Under the pieces are notes generated by a model. That model ran no database searches, was not told the origin of the DNA, and saw only the letters and a list, made by a program, of their open reading frames with translations. Shown in pieces: positions 17,831 to 26,906 of a stretch of 64,000 nucleotides of DNA. This DNA is from Gemmatimonadaceae bacterium (GTDB lineage: Bacteria > Gemmatimonadota > Gemmatimonadetes > Gemmatimonadales > Gemmatimonadaceae): assembly GCA_035638155.1 (NCBI GenBank), contig DASRAP010000433.1:4569-68568 (forward strand). The letters are read 5' to 3'. A program made the position numbers and the translations under genes. Position 1 is the stretch's first letter. Each line of letters starts with the position of its first letter.

Positions 17831-18172
17831 TCAAGTAACCACGGGCTCGGACGCCGTCACGGCCGCCGGCATCAATGCGGCGAAGATTCGACCGAAGAGA
17901 TTGCGGGTCGCCTTCTTCAAGAGCTCGTCCGTTGGGAAGGCGTAGTTGCCTTGGGCTTCCACGTCATAGATCAGGCGGCGGCGGATTTGCCCGGAGAAGG
18001 GCGAGGCTTCGGTGATGTCGTCCGCGAGGTTTAGGCCGATGAGGGCGGCGGTCTCGCCGTTGTGATCGAAGACGATGGTGCTGGCGGCTTTGAGGAAGAG
18101 TTTCGTGCCGGGACCGGACGGTTGGTTTCCGACGTTGAGGTCGTAGATGAGCTCGATTTGGTTTGCCATCAC
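17831..18172 (-). CDS. Hypothetical protein (113 aa)
   Basis: MMANQIELIYDLNVGNQPSGPG... ATGA overlap with the stop of the RHH gene. Confidence 0.65.
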   Translation of the reverse strand: MMANQIELIYDLNVGNQPSGPGTKLFLKAASTIVFDHNGETAALIGLNLADDITEASPFSGQIRRRLIYDVEAQGNYAFPTDELLKKATRNLFGRIFAALMPAAVTASEPVVT

Positions 18173-18387
18173 TCAGCTGCCTTTCCGTTTACCGGCGACT
18201 CTTTGACGAGTCGACCCTGCTTCACTTCGGCACGATGAAGCCTTGCAAGCGCGAGCGCAATCACCGCGCTTCGGTTGATGTCGTTGGAGTCGGCGAGCGA
18301 CTCCAGATGGCGGAAGGATTTTGTATTCAAAAACACCACTACTCGAACACGATCCACCTGCCTGCGTTTGGCGGGGCGGGCGGCCAT
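18169..18387 (-). CDS. Ribbon-helix-helix (CopG/Arc-like) regulator
   Basis: VVVFLNTKSFRHLESLADSNDINRSAVIALALARL gives a beta-strand plus two helices, after a basic N-terminus. Confidence 0.6.
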   Translation of the reverse strand: MAARPAKRRQVDRVRVVVFLNTKSFRHLESLADSNDINRSAVIALALARLHRAEVKQGRLVKESPVNGKAAE

Positions 18388-18406
18388 TTTTCTAGGTGAC
18401 CTCCAT

Positions 18407-19036
18407 TTACGCGGTCGGGGAAACGTTTGTGCCGTTGGGTTTGGCGGCCGCCGGCTCTTCGTCGTCTTCGTCGTCGTCGTCGTCGGCGGTCTCTTCGGCC
18501 TGCACGACTTCGATGAGCTCGACGAGCTCTTTGGCGAGAATGCGATCGACCTCGCAAAATTGCTTCAAACGCGGGAAGCGCTCGTCGACCCAAGAGTTGA
18601 TCTGCTCGTCGAGATCCGGATCGGGGCCGGGCGGGATCAAATCCTGATTGAGCGTATTCATCATTTTCCCGAACATATCGATGGCGTCGTTGAAGCCTTG
18701 CGTACGGCAAAGGCGCGCCACGTTGTCGGCGGGGATCTCGTGCACTTGCGTCTCTTCGGGGCACGCGGGGCAGCCCGCGCGGTTAAGGGGCTGGCACTCA
18801 GGACACATGCCGGGGTTTTTGATGCCGTGCATGCCGGCGGCATCGCGCATCAGCACGTAGTAGCGCTCGGGGCGGATGGTCTTCGTCAAGCCGTGGAAGC
18901 TTTCGACGATTTCCGACTCGTAGCCGATCAGCCAGATGATGCCGCGGATGTTTTCTTTGCCCGTGTTGGGCCATTCTTCGTTGCAGGTGTAGACCGTGCC
19001 GTCCTTGCAAATCAGGCGGAAGTACTGTCGTTGCAT
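18407..19036 (-). CDS. Hypothetical protein with Cys cluster and acidic tail (209 aa)
   Basis: CPECQPLNRAGCPACPE cluster. C-terminal ETADDDDDEDDEE. Confidence 0.65.
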   Translation of the reverse strand: MQRQYFRLICKDGTVYTCNEEWPNTGKENIRGIIWLIGYESEIVESFHGLTKTIRPERYYVLMRDAAGMHGIKNPGMCPECQPLNRAGCPACPEETQVHEIPADNVARLCRTQGFNDAIDMFGKMMNTLNQDLIPPGPDPDLDEQINSWVDERFPRLKQFCEVDRILAKELVELIEVVQAEETADDDDDEDDEEPAAAKPNGTNVSPTA

Positions 19037-19236
19037 CGATTACCGGCTCGCTTTCCCAGTGCACAAAATAGACACAAGCTCGGCGGGAGCGCCATAGGCC
19101 ACAAAAAATCACGGCCACCTCGATCGCCCCGGCGGGTGGTGTTGTTTCCCTATATGGGAGACTCCGCCGAGCGCAACAGAAGTGGCCGAGACGAGAATCC
19201 GCGGTGAGCAGTCCTCGACGGCGAGGGTAGGCACTC

Positions 19237-20766
19237 TCACGCTGAAGCGCAAGTGGTGGAGAGTAGGTCGAAAAGAGTCGGGATTGGTGGGCCGCGAGCT
19301 CGAGTCACGTCCGGCCGCGGTGGAGCGTGCGGGCGCAGGGAGTCGATCGCGCCACAAGCTCGGCACTCGCAGTGCTGTTTTACCCAGAATTTTCGGCTAG
19401 CTGTGATGAGGCGCCCAGAATCGAGGCCGCAATAGACGGCGGAAAAAAGCCACGGGCTCATGAACACCGCGCCGTTTTTTCCCGACTCGATGTCTTTGGT
19501 CAGGTATTTGATGAGCTCGAGACCGAGGTCGAAGCCATCGACCGTGGCAGAATTCCCCCGCGGGGTCACGCGCTTGATGTGGACCATCGGGTAGGGGAGC
19601 CTCTGCGGCTGGTAGCGCGCCCAGGTCAGCGCGACTTCGTCGTTTGCCGCCTGGAGCTCCGCGACCACGGCCTTCTTGTCCATCCAAGCGTGCTCCGGCC
19701 AGTGCTCTTTCGGGAAGCCCGCTTTCATCAGAGCGCGGCCCCACATGGCGCGAATGATCTGCACGCGAAGGAATGGCGAAAGAAGCCAAATGTGGATATG
19801 CACGTGCCCGAGCTCGTCGCGGCCGGTGGTCGCTTCGATCACACGCACGAACGAAATCAGATCGAGACCGGGATGTACGTTGCCTTTTCTCTTGAAGCGA
19901 TTGCGAAGCGAATTCCAAAATCGACTCCACGCGTTTCGCACAAGATAGGCTTGCGCGTCGGGCCCGCGAAGCACCTTCCATGAGACTGTGCCGTCGGGGT
20001 TTTCGATCTTCGCCATGATGGATTGCTCCATCGTCAAGTGCGGACAGGTGAGCGTGATGAAGCGCTCGACCAGCGGATCGGATTTGACCTGACCGGGACC
20101 GAGGCGTGCGTCACGCACTCGTTGCAGGGCGTTTATGCGTGAGAGGGTGAAGCGCTTTCGGTTTTTCTTGATCTTGATTTGCCGGCAGTCGTGACAGAGC
20201 AGGATCGCTCCGCACATTTTTTTCAGCACTAGAGGATTGCCGGCAGCGTCGGCGCATTGGTTTTTGCAATGCACGCACTGCAAGATGCCGCGCTCTTCTT
20301 TGCCGCACTCAGCGACGCGCTTGAAGCGCTCCTCTTGGCCTTTCGCTCGATGGGCGTGCCAGCGGCTATCGATGCGGCGATCGCACTCTTCGAAGATTCG
20401 GGTGATGTAGTCGCTGGTGAGCTCGTTGACTTCGCGCAGCAAACGCGCGGCGCCGCGGGTGCGCTGACGGATCTGCGTGTCCCAGCGGCGGAGGATCTTT
20501 TTTATTTCGGGCGTGCCGCCCGGCAGCGCTCGCCGCTTGGCGAGAGGTCCGCAGCCGCGCTCGTCATCCAGGGCTTGGCGGATGGTGTTCCGGACGAAGA
20601 GCGCCTCCTCGCTTCGCTGTTGACCCTTGTCGGAGATTCGGTCAGCGCGGTCTTTTCGGTGCGGGCGTGTGAAGCGCTCGGCGTCTGTTAGCCACCAATC
20701 GGGCTTTTGTTTGAGGCTCTTTGCGCGCGCGACCGGATTTGTGAGCGCAAAGACCGCGGCTTGCAT
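19237..20766 (-). CDS. Rolling-circle replication initiator (HUH, pC194/Rep_1-like)
   Basis: FITLTCPH (motif I), GHVHIHIWLL (HUH motif II) and GLELIKYLTKD (catalytic Tyr motif III) in canonical order. N-terminal CVHC..CHDC zinc ribbon. Confidence 0.8.
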   Translation of the reverse strand: MQAAVFALTNPVARAKSLKQKPDWWLTDAERFTRPHRKDRADRISDKGQQRSEEALFVRNTIRQALDDERGCGPLAKRRALPGGTPEIKKILRRWDTQIRQRTRGAARLLREVNELTSDYITRIFEECDRRIDSRWHAHRAKGQEERFKRVAECGKEERGILQCVHCKNQCADAAGNPLVLKKMCGAILLCHDCRQIKIKKNRKRFTLSRINALQRVRDARLGPGQVKSDPLVERFITLTCPHLTMEQSIMAKIENPDGTVSWKVLRGPDAQAYLVRNAWSRFWNSLRNRFKRKGNVHPGLDLISFVRVIEATTGRDELGHVHIHIWLLSPFLRVQIIRAMWGRALMKAGFPKEHWPEHAWMDKKAVVAELQAANDEVALTWARYQPQRLPYPMVHIKRVTPRGNSATVDGFDLGLELIKYLTKDIESGKNGAVFMSPWLFSAVYCGLDSGRLITASRKFWVKQHCECRACGAIDSLRPHAPPRPDVTRARGPPIPTLFDLLSTTCASA

Positions 20767-20779
20767 GGATCCGCGGTGC

Positions 20780-21094
20780 TCAGACTGGCAAGCGGGCGCG
20801 GATCTGGGTTTTCAGGATCCCACGCACGTCGATGGCCGCACGGTGACGCACTTCGAAGGCGGTAGCGTGCGGGGCACGCAGCCGCGCTTCGTAGCGCGCT
20901 TGGTCGAAAATCTCGACGATCGACAGATCGGAGACTCCGAGAAGGATGAGCGCGTAGCGGAGCTCGGACTCGAGCGCGAGTGCATCGGTCTCGAGCGCGG
21001 CGTCGCGAATTGCGTCGTTGACTAAATGCTCTGCGGGCTCAGTGATCCGGTCGGACGGAAGCCACGCGGGAAACAACACCATCGGAACGGCCAC
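20780..21094 (-). CDS. Hypothetical protein (104 aa)
   Basis: MAVPMVLFPAWLPSDRITEPAEHLV.. with protein-like composition, upstream of rep on the same strand. Confidence 0.5.
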   Translation of the reverse strand: MAVPMVLFPAWLPSDRITEPAEHLVNDAIRDAALETDALALESELRYALILLGVSDLSIVEIFDQARYEARLRAPHATAFEVRHRAAIDVRGILKTQIRARLPV

Positions 21095-21142
21095 CGTAAA
21101 CGCGTGGCCGATCGAAGGTCAACAAACGGGAGAAAGAAAAAT

Positions 21143-21586
21143 TCACCAGTTCTTTTGGCGCCAATTTGGATCGCAGGTGTCGAGAATCGCCACAGCCAAG
21201 AGCGCCACGCAGCGGCGGATCTTCACAGCGTTTGCTGAAGAAACGTCACGCATCCCACCGATCATCAATAGCAAAGAAGCGCCCCGCATGAACGACGCGG
21301 CGTTGCTCAGCACGGCGCCGGTGGCGACATGCTCGAGCGAAGACCAGTCGGGAGCGTTGTCGGCGCGTGTTGCAATCGTGTACGCCTGGAGGCGGCGCTC
21401 CGACCAAAACGCTTGTAGACCGCCGCGCGCGGCGGTCGCCAGCGCCGCGGCCGCGTCGCTGTAGCCGCGCGCCTCGAGCCAGCGCGCAGCTCGCAGAAAT
21501 TCGGGTGACGCGCGAAATTGCCGTTGTCTTCCCCGAGCCGCCTTTCGATAGCGATCGACGTCCGGTCCTTCGGGCGGCTCAACCAC
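21143..21586 (-). CDS. Hypothetical protein (147 aa)
   Basis: MVEPPEGPDVDRYRKAARGRQRQF..; composition is acceptable. Confidence 0.5.
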   Translation of the reverse strand: MVEPPEGPDVDRYRKAARGRQRQFRASPEFLRAARWLEARGYSDAAAALATAARGGLQAFWSERRLQAYTIATRADNAPDWSSLEHVATGAVLSNAASFMRGASLLLMIGGMRDVSSANAVKIRRCVALLAVAILDTCDPNWRQKNW

Positions 21587-21761
21587 GCTCGGCCTTTGGA
21601 ACTGCCGGCGGCGCCGGCGGGGCGGGATCGGTCGGCGCTTCCGCCGGCTCGGTGGGCCGAGCGGGCGGGAGGATCGGAGGAACCGTCCCCGGAGGGGTCG
21701 GTTTCCAAGGTTTTGAAGGGGTTTCCGGTTTTGTAGGCGGCTCGTCCGGCGGGAAGCTCAT
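21579..21761 (-). CDS. Possible Pro-rich small protein (60 aa)
   Basis: MSFPPDEPPTKPETPSKPWKPTPPG... ATGA overlap with 21758..22090. Low complexity, so uncertain. Confidence 0.35.
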   Translation of the reverse strand: MSFPPDEPPTKPETPSKPWKPTPPGTVPPILPPARPTEPAEAPTDPAPPAPPAVPKAERG

Positions 21762-22090
21762 GGCGATTTTTCCGGATCGTCGGGACCTACGGCCATTTCT
21801 CGCAAAATTCCGTCGATCGTTGTGACCACGTGGGTTTTCAAAATGTACCTAACCGTGCGTAACATTTCGATTCCCACCACGTGCTCGGGGATCTCTCCTT
21901 TCGGATCTTGAGAAAGCTCTCGGAAATTTTCAATTATTTCGAGGCATACGGCGATTTGTTTGGCGAGATTGTCGGCGTTGCTATCGGCCAGAAGCTCTTC
22001 CGCCCGCTCGATCATGACTTTGGTCGAGGCACGCTGGGCGTCGAACACGCGATTTTGCTTGGCACGCTTCTTGGGGCTGAATCTTTTCAT
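21758..22090 (-). CDS. Hypothetical helical protein (110 aa)
   Basis: MKRFSPKKRAKQNRVFDAQRAST.. in a locally lower-GC stretch. Confidence 0.55.
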   Translation of the reverse strand: MKRFSPKKRAKQNRVFDAQRASTKVMIERAEELLADSNADNLAKQIAVCLEIIENFRELSQDPKGEIPEHVVGIEMLRTVRYILKTHVVTTIDGILREMAVGPDDPEKSP

Positions 22091-22154
22091 ATGGTTACCG
22101 ATGTATGGTCATTTCGTTTTTCACAGTTGTTCGATTCTGTATCGAGCAGAGAGA

Positions 22155-22439
22155 TCAGAACAGAGCGCCGCGCGAAGCATCGGGCCAATCGCTTCCCAGC
22201 CGCGTCTCTCGCGCCGCGATGTTTTGGCAGATCCAGCCTAGCTTTTCGCGCTCGGCGAGCGCATTGGCCAAGCGGATCAGCTTTTTTCTGACCCGCGGAG
22301 AGTGCTTGTATCCGAGTGCAATACGGCGGAGTCGTTCGGATTTTCTCTCGGCTCGAATGACGAATCGGTGCCGCGTAGCCCACTGCGCATCGTCGGCTTC
22401 GGCCGATTGAATTTGACTCGGTCTCATAAATTTGTGCAT
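22155..22439 (-). CDS. Hypothetical basic protein (94 aa)
   Basis: MHKFMRPSQIQSAEADDAQWATRHRF... First gene of the minus block at the divergence point. Confidence 0.5.
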   Translation of the reverse strand: MHKFMRPSQIQSAEADDAQWATRHRFVIRAERKSERLRRIALGYKHSPRVRKKLIRLANALAEREKLGWICQNIAARETRLGSDWPDASRGALF

Positions 22440-22450
22440 CGTGAAACTCC

Positions 22451-22882
22451 GTGAAACCGGTTGGCCATCGACACACGGAGGCGCTTCGGGCGGAACTGGC
22501 CCGGTGCTGGTGTCCTTGGCACAAGGCTTACCATCCGCGCGAGGAATTCGCCGTGTTCCGGGGCAAGCGCGACCGGTATTGCCGCGAGGCGCGCCGGGCT
22601 TACCAGCGGGAGTACTGGATCCGGAGCAATGGCACGGACAAGCGAAACGAGCGTTACTCGCAAGATCCCGAATTCAGGGATAAAGTTCGGGCGCGCTCGC
22701 GATTGGGGGGCAAGATCGCGCGCGGAACGCTCCTGCGAGGAGAGTGCGAAGGCTGCGGGACTACTGAGAATGTCCATGGGCATCACGAAAGCTACGACAA
22801 GGACTGGATTATTTGGCTTTGTGCCAAGTGCCACGCCAAGCATCACCGGCGGGATTTTTTAGTTCGGATTGACGCGGCCTAG
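22451..22882 (+). CDS. HNH endonuclease
   Basis: CEGCGTTENVHGHHESYDKDWIIWLCAKCHAKHH His-Me finger, plus an N-terminal Cys ribbon. Confidence 0.75.
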   Translation: MKPVGHRHTEALRAELARCWCPWHKAYHPREEFAVFRGKRDRYCREARRAYQREYWIRSNGTDKRNERYSQDPEFRDKVRARSRLGGKIARGTLLRGECEGCGTTENVHGHHESYDKDWIIWLCAKCHAKHHRRDFLVRIDAA

Positions 22883-22932
22883 TCTCTCTCTGTTACGGGG
22901 ATGGGCACCATTCGGGAGCGCAGACTGCGCCT

Positions 22933-24099
22933 TCACTTGCAGCCAAAACTTGCTGAAGTCCTTAGCTCTTTCGCCCGCTCCATCTGCTCGACGACGCTCT
23001 TGGCCACGGCGGCAGCGAGCGCCGGCGGCATGGCTTGGCCGATTTGCGACCAGCGCGAAATCTTGGTTTTCCCCGCGAACATCCAATCCTCAGGGAATCC
23101 TTGAAGGATCGCGGCCGCGAGCTCGGAAAGCACGACGGCGTTTGGTTGCGAGAGGATCGATCCCGTTTCGGGGTGATGACCGGGCGGCGGCAGGGCGGCG
23201 CGCGTGGTCACGGTGGTCGCGGGGCGTTCCCAGGGCCATTCGCACATGGACGCGCCTTGGGAGACGCGGCCGCCGTTGCACTTGATCACGAAGGCCGGAT
23301 CGTCGGCGCTCGAGATGGGGTGCCGCGGGTGAGCATCGAGCACGACGCGCTCGCGACCGGTGCGCGAAGCGGTGACAGTTTTCCCGGGCTGGTCGGGGAC
23401 GTGCTCGCGGGTCGAGCCGTCTTTACCGCGGATGCGACCGCGGGTTTTGACGGTGCGACCGATTTTTGCGGGTGGCAGGTGTGAAAGCGCCTGTTTCACG
23501 GTCACCCACGGCTCGAGGCGCGCGACGCCCGGCAAACCGAGCAGATGCGGCGCGCAGTGGGAGCGCTCGGGCCAGCGGATGCACGGCCCCGATTGGTGGC
23601 CAAACCAAAACGGCCGGACGCGGTGTTGAGGGACGCCGAAATCCGCGGCGTCGAGGCTCGCGTAGTCGAGCACGCAATAGTCCTGACCGCCGAGAAAGGT
23701 CCCGATGAGCGCCTGGACGATCGGCCAATTGTCGGCCGTGTCGAGGCCGGGGACGTTGCCGATCAGGTAAGCGTGGGGTCGGAGCGCCGCGATGATTTCG
23801 CAGGTCTCGCGCAGCATGTCGCGTTCGTCTTTGGGGCCTAGGCGTTTGCCGGCGAGCGAGTAGGGCGTGCACGGCGGATCGGCGACGATGAGATCGATCG
23901 GCGAGCTCGGCGACCAACCGGTTTTCACGAGCCGCAAGAGATCGCGCGCGTCCATTTGGATCGGCCGGTGGCCGAGGTTTTTTTCGTACGAGTCGCAAGC
24001 GTTGGGGTCTTTGTCGAACGCCCACGCAAACTCGACGCCCGCGCGGCGAAAGCCCTCGGCCATCCCGCCGGAGCAACAGAATATTTCGAGCGCCTTCAT
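22933..24099 (-). CDS. DNA (cytosine-5)-methyltransferase
   Basis: FCCSGGM (motif I), DPPCTPYS (motif IV) and QHRVRPFW (motif VIII) in canonical order. Motif VI reads GNV instead of ENV. Confidence 0.8.
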   Translation of the reverse strand: MKALEIFCCSGGMAEGFRRAGVEFAWAFDKDPNACDSYEKNLGHRPIQMDARDLLRLVKTGWSPSSPIDLIVADPPCTPYSLAGKRLGPKDERDMLRETCEIIAALRPHAYLIGNVPGLDTADNWPIVQALIGTFLGGQDYCVLDYASLDAADFGVPQHRVRPFWFGHQSGPCIRWPERSHCAPHLLGLPGVARLEPWVTVKQALSHLPPAKIGRTVKTRGRIRGKDGSTREHVPDQPGKTVTASRTGRERVVLDAHPRHPISSADDPAFVIKCNGGRVSQGASMCEWPWERPATTVTTRAALPPPGHHPETGSILSQPNAVVLSELAAAILQGFPEDWMFAGKTKISRWSQIGQAMPPALAAAVAKSVVEQMERAKELRTSASFGCK

Positions 24100-24103
24100 C
24101 TGC

Positions 24104-24316
24104 TCACCGCGTTCTCTCCTTCATGATTTCGCGTAAACGCGCCTCCGCTACTTCGCGCGTCAAGTACGCTTTGTCAGGCGGCATGGGCAGCAATTGTCCG
24201 ACGCCCACGATGACTAAGAGCTCGTCGTTGCTCTCGGACCACACCTCAGCCTCGAAGACCGCGGGGTCTCCGCCGTCTTCACGACCGATCACGTAAACCC
24301 GGCGTCGGGTGTTCAT
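24104..24316 (-). CDS. Hypothetical protein (70 aa)
   Basis: Internal ATG of track ORF 24104..24478 (MNTRRRVYVIGREDGG..). The upstream part is Arg/Ser-rich. Confidence 0.5.
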   Translation of the reverse strand: MNTRRRVYVIGREDGGDPAVFEAEVWSESNDELLVIVGVGQLLPMPPDKAYLTREVAEARLREIMKERTR

Positions 24317-24360
24317 GCTTGGGCGCCCTCTCGAATTTTTCGTGCTCACCGCGTTCTCCT

Positions 24361-24675
24361 TCAGTCGGCCGCCGGGTTTCTGCGAATTTCTTTGACTCGA
24401 TATTCGGCGAGCCCGCGATACTCGCCTCGTTCGGGATCGAGAAGCTTTGGCCGCTCGTGCGTGCAGAGCCACCACCAACCCTCGCTGCTGTTCGGGGGAC
24501 GGCTGGGGCAGCCAGTCACCTCGCAGATATGCGCGACGTGGGCGGCGCTCGCAGCTTGCAGCGCTTTCGCGTACTCCTCCGCCATTTCGCCTTCATCGAA
24601 AACGGCCACGGGCCACGTCCGATAGTCGTCGTAGATGCCGCTCGAGCCGCTTACCAGATAAACCTTGCAGGCCAT
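24361..24675 (-). CDS. Hypothetical protein (104 aa)
   Basis: MACKVYLVSGSSGIYDDYRTWPVAVFDEGEM... Confidence 0.6.
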   Translation of the reverse strand: MACKVYLVSGSSGIYDDYRTWPVAVFDEGEMAEEYAKALQAASAAHVAHICEVTGCPSRPPNSSEGWWWLCTHERPKLLDPERGEYRGLAEYRVKEIRRNPAAD

Positions 24676-25052
24676 TATGCTTGCGCTCCTTCATGAAGTT
24701 GCACGCGCACGCGCGCCCAAAACCGTTGCTCCTCTTGCACGCAACCGACGACGCACCGGAGCATGCCCATGGCTTCCACCGCGTCTACTTCGCAAAGCCA
24801 AGGCGTCACCTCCTCGAACATCGCCGGGACGTCGTGCTGGAGCTCGACGATGAGCCCCGCGCGCTTTTCGATTTCCATGACGATCACGGAGATGTCTTCG
24901 CCTACGCAGAAGAGGAATCCGAAGAGCTCAGTCAGGGGCTTTCCGTTTTCCTCGACTTGGGCGCAGAGAATTTCATGCGCGCTTTCGATGATGAGGTTGA
25001 TCCACGTTTCGTCCGCGTCGCTCGCGTTGTCGGTCAGGCATTTCACCGCCAT
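24675..25052 (-). CDS. Hypothetical acidic protein (125 aa)
   Basis: Internal ATG 25052 (MAVKCLTDNASDADETW..), 2 nt after the upstream stop. Confidence 0.55.
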   Translation of the reverse strand: MAVKCLTDNASDADETWINLIIESAHEILCAQVEENGKPLTELFGFLFCVGEDISVIVMEIEKRAGLIVELQHDVPAMFEEVTPWLCEVDAVEAMGMLRCVVGCVQEEQRFWARVRVQLHEGAQA

Positions 25053-25054
25053 GG

Positions 25055-25282
25055 TCAGACCCTCACTGGCACCCAAAGCGGAAACGACACCGCGCCATCG
25101 GTGGCGAGCCGGATCTTGTCCGCGAATTCGACGCTCACGCGCCGCTCGGGATCCTTCAGTTGCATCAAATGTCGGAAGTCGCGGTCGGACAGGCCCGCCT
25201 TCTTGGCAAACGCCGTGCGCGTCATTCCGTGGTCGCTGATCCAGCGGTCTAGGATGTCGTAAGCCAGGATTTGACAAGCCAT
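25055..25282 (-). CDS. Helix-turn-helix DNA-binding protein (Cro/XRE-like)
   Basis: ATG 25282 behind GGAGGGAAGG. ILDRWISDHGMTRTAFAKKAGLSDRDFRHLM forms the HTH. Confidence 0.6.
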   Translation of the reverse strand: MACQILAYDILDRWISDHGMTRTAFAKKAGLSDRDFRHLMQLKDPERRVSVEFADKIRLATDGAVSFPLWVPVRV

Positions 25283-25494
25283 GGGGCCTTCCCTCCGTGG
25301 GTACACCACTCGCGCAGTCCGCGCACGATCGCCTCGAGCTCGTGAATGCGCTCGAGCGGCGCGGCTTCAGCGTCGATTTGCGTGACGCTAACGTCCGCGC
25401 CCGGATGCCAGCACGCGGCTTCGGCCCACCAGGCGTGGCCGCGCATCGAGACGCAGAGCACACCAAACTCGTCCACTTCGGCTTCTACTTTCAT
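25249..25494 (-). CDS. Hypothetical protein (81 aa)
   Basis: ATG 25494 in ATGA overlap with the upstream stop (MKVEAEVDEFGVLCVSMRGHAWW..). The 3' end overlaps the next gene by 34 nt. Confidence 0.5.
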   Translation of the reverse strand: MKVEAEVDEFGVLCVSMRGHAWWAEAACWHPGADVSVTQIDAEAAPLERIHELEAIVRGLREWCTHGGKAPWLVKSWLTTS

Positions 25495-25700
25495 CGTTCC
25501 CCTAACATGCGTTTGATTTCTTCCCAGGTATAGCCCGCGTGGCTGCCGAGGTAGCCGAGCGCGTAGGCGGCCCGCTCGGTCAAGCTTCCGTTGATGGCGA
25601 GCGCGACTCGACACGCGCGCCGAAACACGATGCGGCGGCTCGGCTTCGGCATGGTCCGTTTTTTCTTCCGGCGCCGCAGCCTCACGTGCCGTCGAATCAC
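25491..25700 (-). CDS. Hypothetical basic protein (69 aa or shorter)
   Basis: ..MPKPSRRIVFRRACRVALAINGSLTERAAYALGYLG... ATGA coupling at both ends. Confidence 0.5.
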   Translation of the reverse strand: MIRRHVRLRRRKKKRTMPKPSRRIVFRRACRVALAINGSLTERAAYALGYLGSHAGYTWEEIKRMLGER

Positions 25701-25951
25701 TCGAGCCGCTCCACGTGGATGCGGTAGATCGGCGACCGCTTCTTTTCCTCGAAGACCACGCGCTTGCCGCGCTTTCGCTCGCGCGGAACGATCGCGCAGC
25801 CTTGCTTCGGATCAAACTCGGTGTGCCAGTAGGCGCCCGGGCCGAAAAGCTTGCGGAGCGCGAGCGTGCGCGCCTCGAGCCGATCGTCGGCTTCCACTTG
25901 GCACTCGAGCGTCGATCCCTTCCGCTTCAGTTGGATGATAAACGTGCTCAT
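25697..25951 (-). CDS. Hypothetical protein (84 aa)
   Basis: MSTFIIQLKRKGSTLECQVEADDRLE... ATGA coupling. Confidence 0.6.
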   Translation of the reverse strand: MSTFIIQLKRKGSTLECQVEADDRLEARTLALRKLFGPGAYWHTEFDPKQGCAIVPRERKRGKRVVFEEKKRSPIYRIHVERLE

Positions 25952-26145
25952 GTCTCGGCCTTTCCCTTCGCCACTTCCGCTTCCAATGCGACCACGCGCG
26001 CCTCGAGCTCCTCGGCGGCTTTGGCGATGCCCACCAGAAGCGCGGCGAATCCCGAGGTCACGCCTTGCCGTTGCGCTTCACGCGCGTGCTGTTTGACTCG
26101 CTCCTCGAACGTCATCGGGTCACCTCGTTTCGGGGTTCGGAGCAT
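25948..26145 (-). CDS. Hypothetical helical protein (65 aa)
   Basis: ..MTFEERVKQHAREAQRQGVTSGF..ELEARVVALEAEVAK looks like a coiled coil. Confidence 0.55.
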   Translation of the reverse strand: MLRTPKRGDPMTFEERVKQHAREAQRQGVTSGFAALLVGIAKAAEELEARVVALEAEVAKGKAET

Positions 26146-26149
26146 TTCG

Positions 26150-26371
26150 TTATCCGATCCATAGCCACGTCTCCCCCGGGCTCAGCAATCCTCCCGATTC
26201 AAGCTCGGCCTCGAATTCGTCGATGTCGTGTGCTTCGGCTTCGTCCACGAGATAACGGGCAATCTTCTTGCCGATCGGGCAGTAGACGCCGCTCGAGGAG
26301 GCGTTCAGGCGGATCCAGACGCGGACGCGGGTTGCTTTCTTGATCGCGGCGCGGAGTTCGTCACCGGTCAT
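26150..26371 (-). CDS. Hypothetical protein (73 aa)
   Basis: Internal ATG 26371 (MTGDELRAAIKKATRVRVWIRL..) in ATGA overlap with 26368..26601. Confidence 0.55.
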   Translation of the reverse strand: MTGDELRAAIKKATRVRVWIRLNASSSGVYCPIGKKIARYLVDEAEAHDIDEFEAELESGGLLSPGETWLWIG

Positions 26372-26601
26372 CCGACGCCTATCTTGCAGATCGCCTCGAG
26401 CAAGTCGGCCGCGGTGTGGAAGTAGAGCGTCACGATCGGCTCGCCGTCGGGCGCGTACACGCCGAGCACGTAGCCGCTCGCCCCGTCGGCTTCGGTCACG
26501 AGCAAGTAATGCTGGCCGACCGAACGCGTCCACTCCGGGCCGCCCGCGCCGCAGCCGTACTCAAAGCCGCTTTCGCGTAACGCTTGGTCGTCGGGGATCA
26601 C
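26368..26601 (-). CDS. Hypothetical protein (77 aa)
   Basis: MIPDDQALRESGFEYGCGAGGPEW... ATGA coupling at both ends. Confidence 0.6.
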   Translation of the reverse strand: MIPDDQALRESGFEYGCGAGGPEWTRSVGQHYLLVTEADGASGYVLGVYAPDGEPIVTLYFHTAADLLEAICKIGVG

Positions 26602-26906
26602 GACGCGGCCTCGATCGCGCGCCAGAGATCGACCAGCGTGGTCCGGTCGAGCTCGATCGAGTGCACGACCCCCTTTCTGTCAAACACGTAGATCAGAAAG
26701 ACGCGCTCACCGTTGACGGTCGAGCTCGTGACGGTCGCGTTTGCGTCAGGGCGTACGCCCATGGTGGCGGGCGGCCACGGCGCCGCGAGCGCGTCGAGCG
26801 CGTCGAGGATCTCCGGGATGTGATCGGCGGGCGAAACTATGTCTCGGCCGCTGCTTAGCAGGCGCGCGCTCGTGCGCTCTTTGATGCGTTCGGAAATCTT
26901 TTTCAT
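26598..26906 (-). CDS. Hypothetical protein (102 aa)
   Basis: Internal ATG 26906 (MKKISERIKERTSARLL..) in ATGA overlap with the upstream stop. The remainder of the 298-aa track ORF is Arg-rich. Confidence 0.55.
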   Translation of the reverse strand: MKKISERIKERTSARLLSSGRDIVSPADHIPEILDALDALAAPWPPATMGVRPDANATVTSSTVNGERVFLIYVFDRKGVVHSIELDRTTLVDLWRAIEAAS

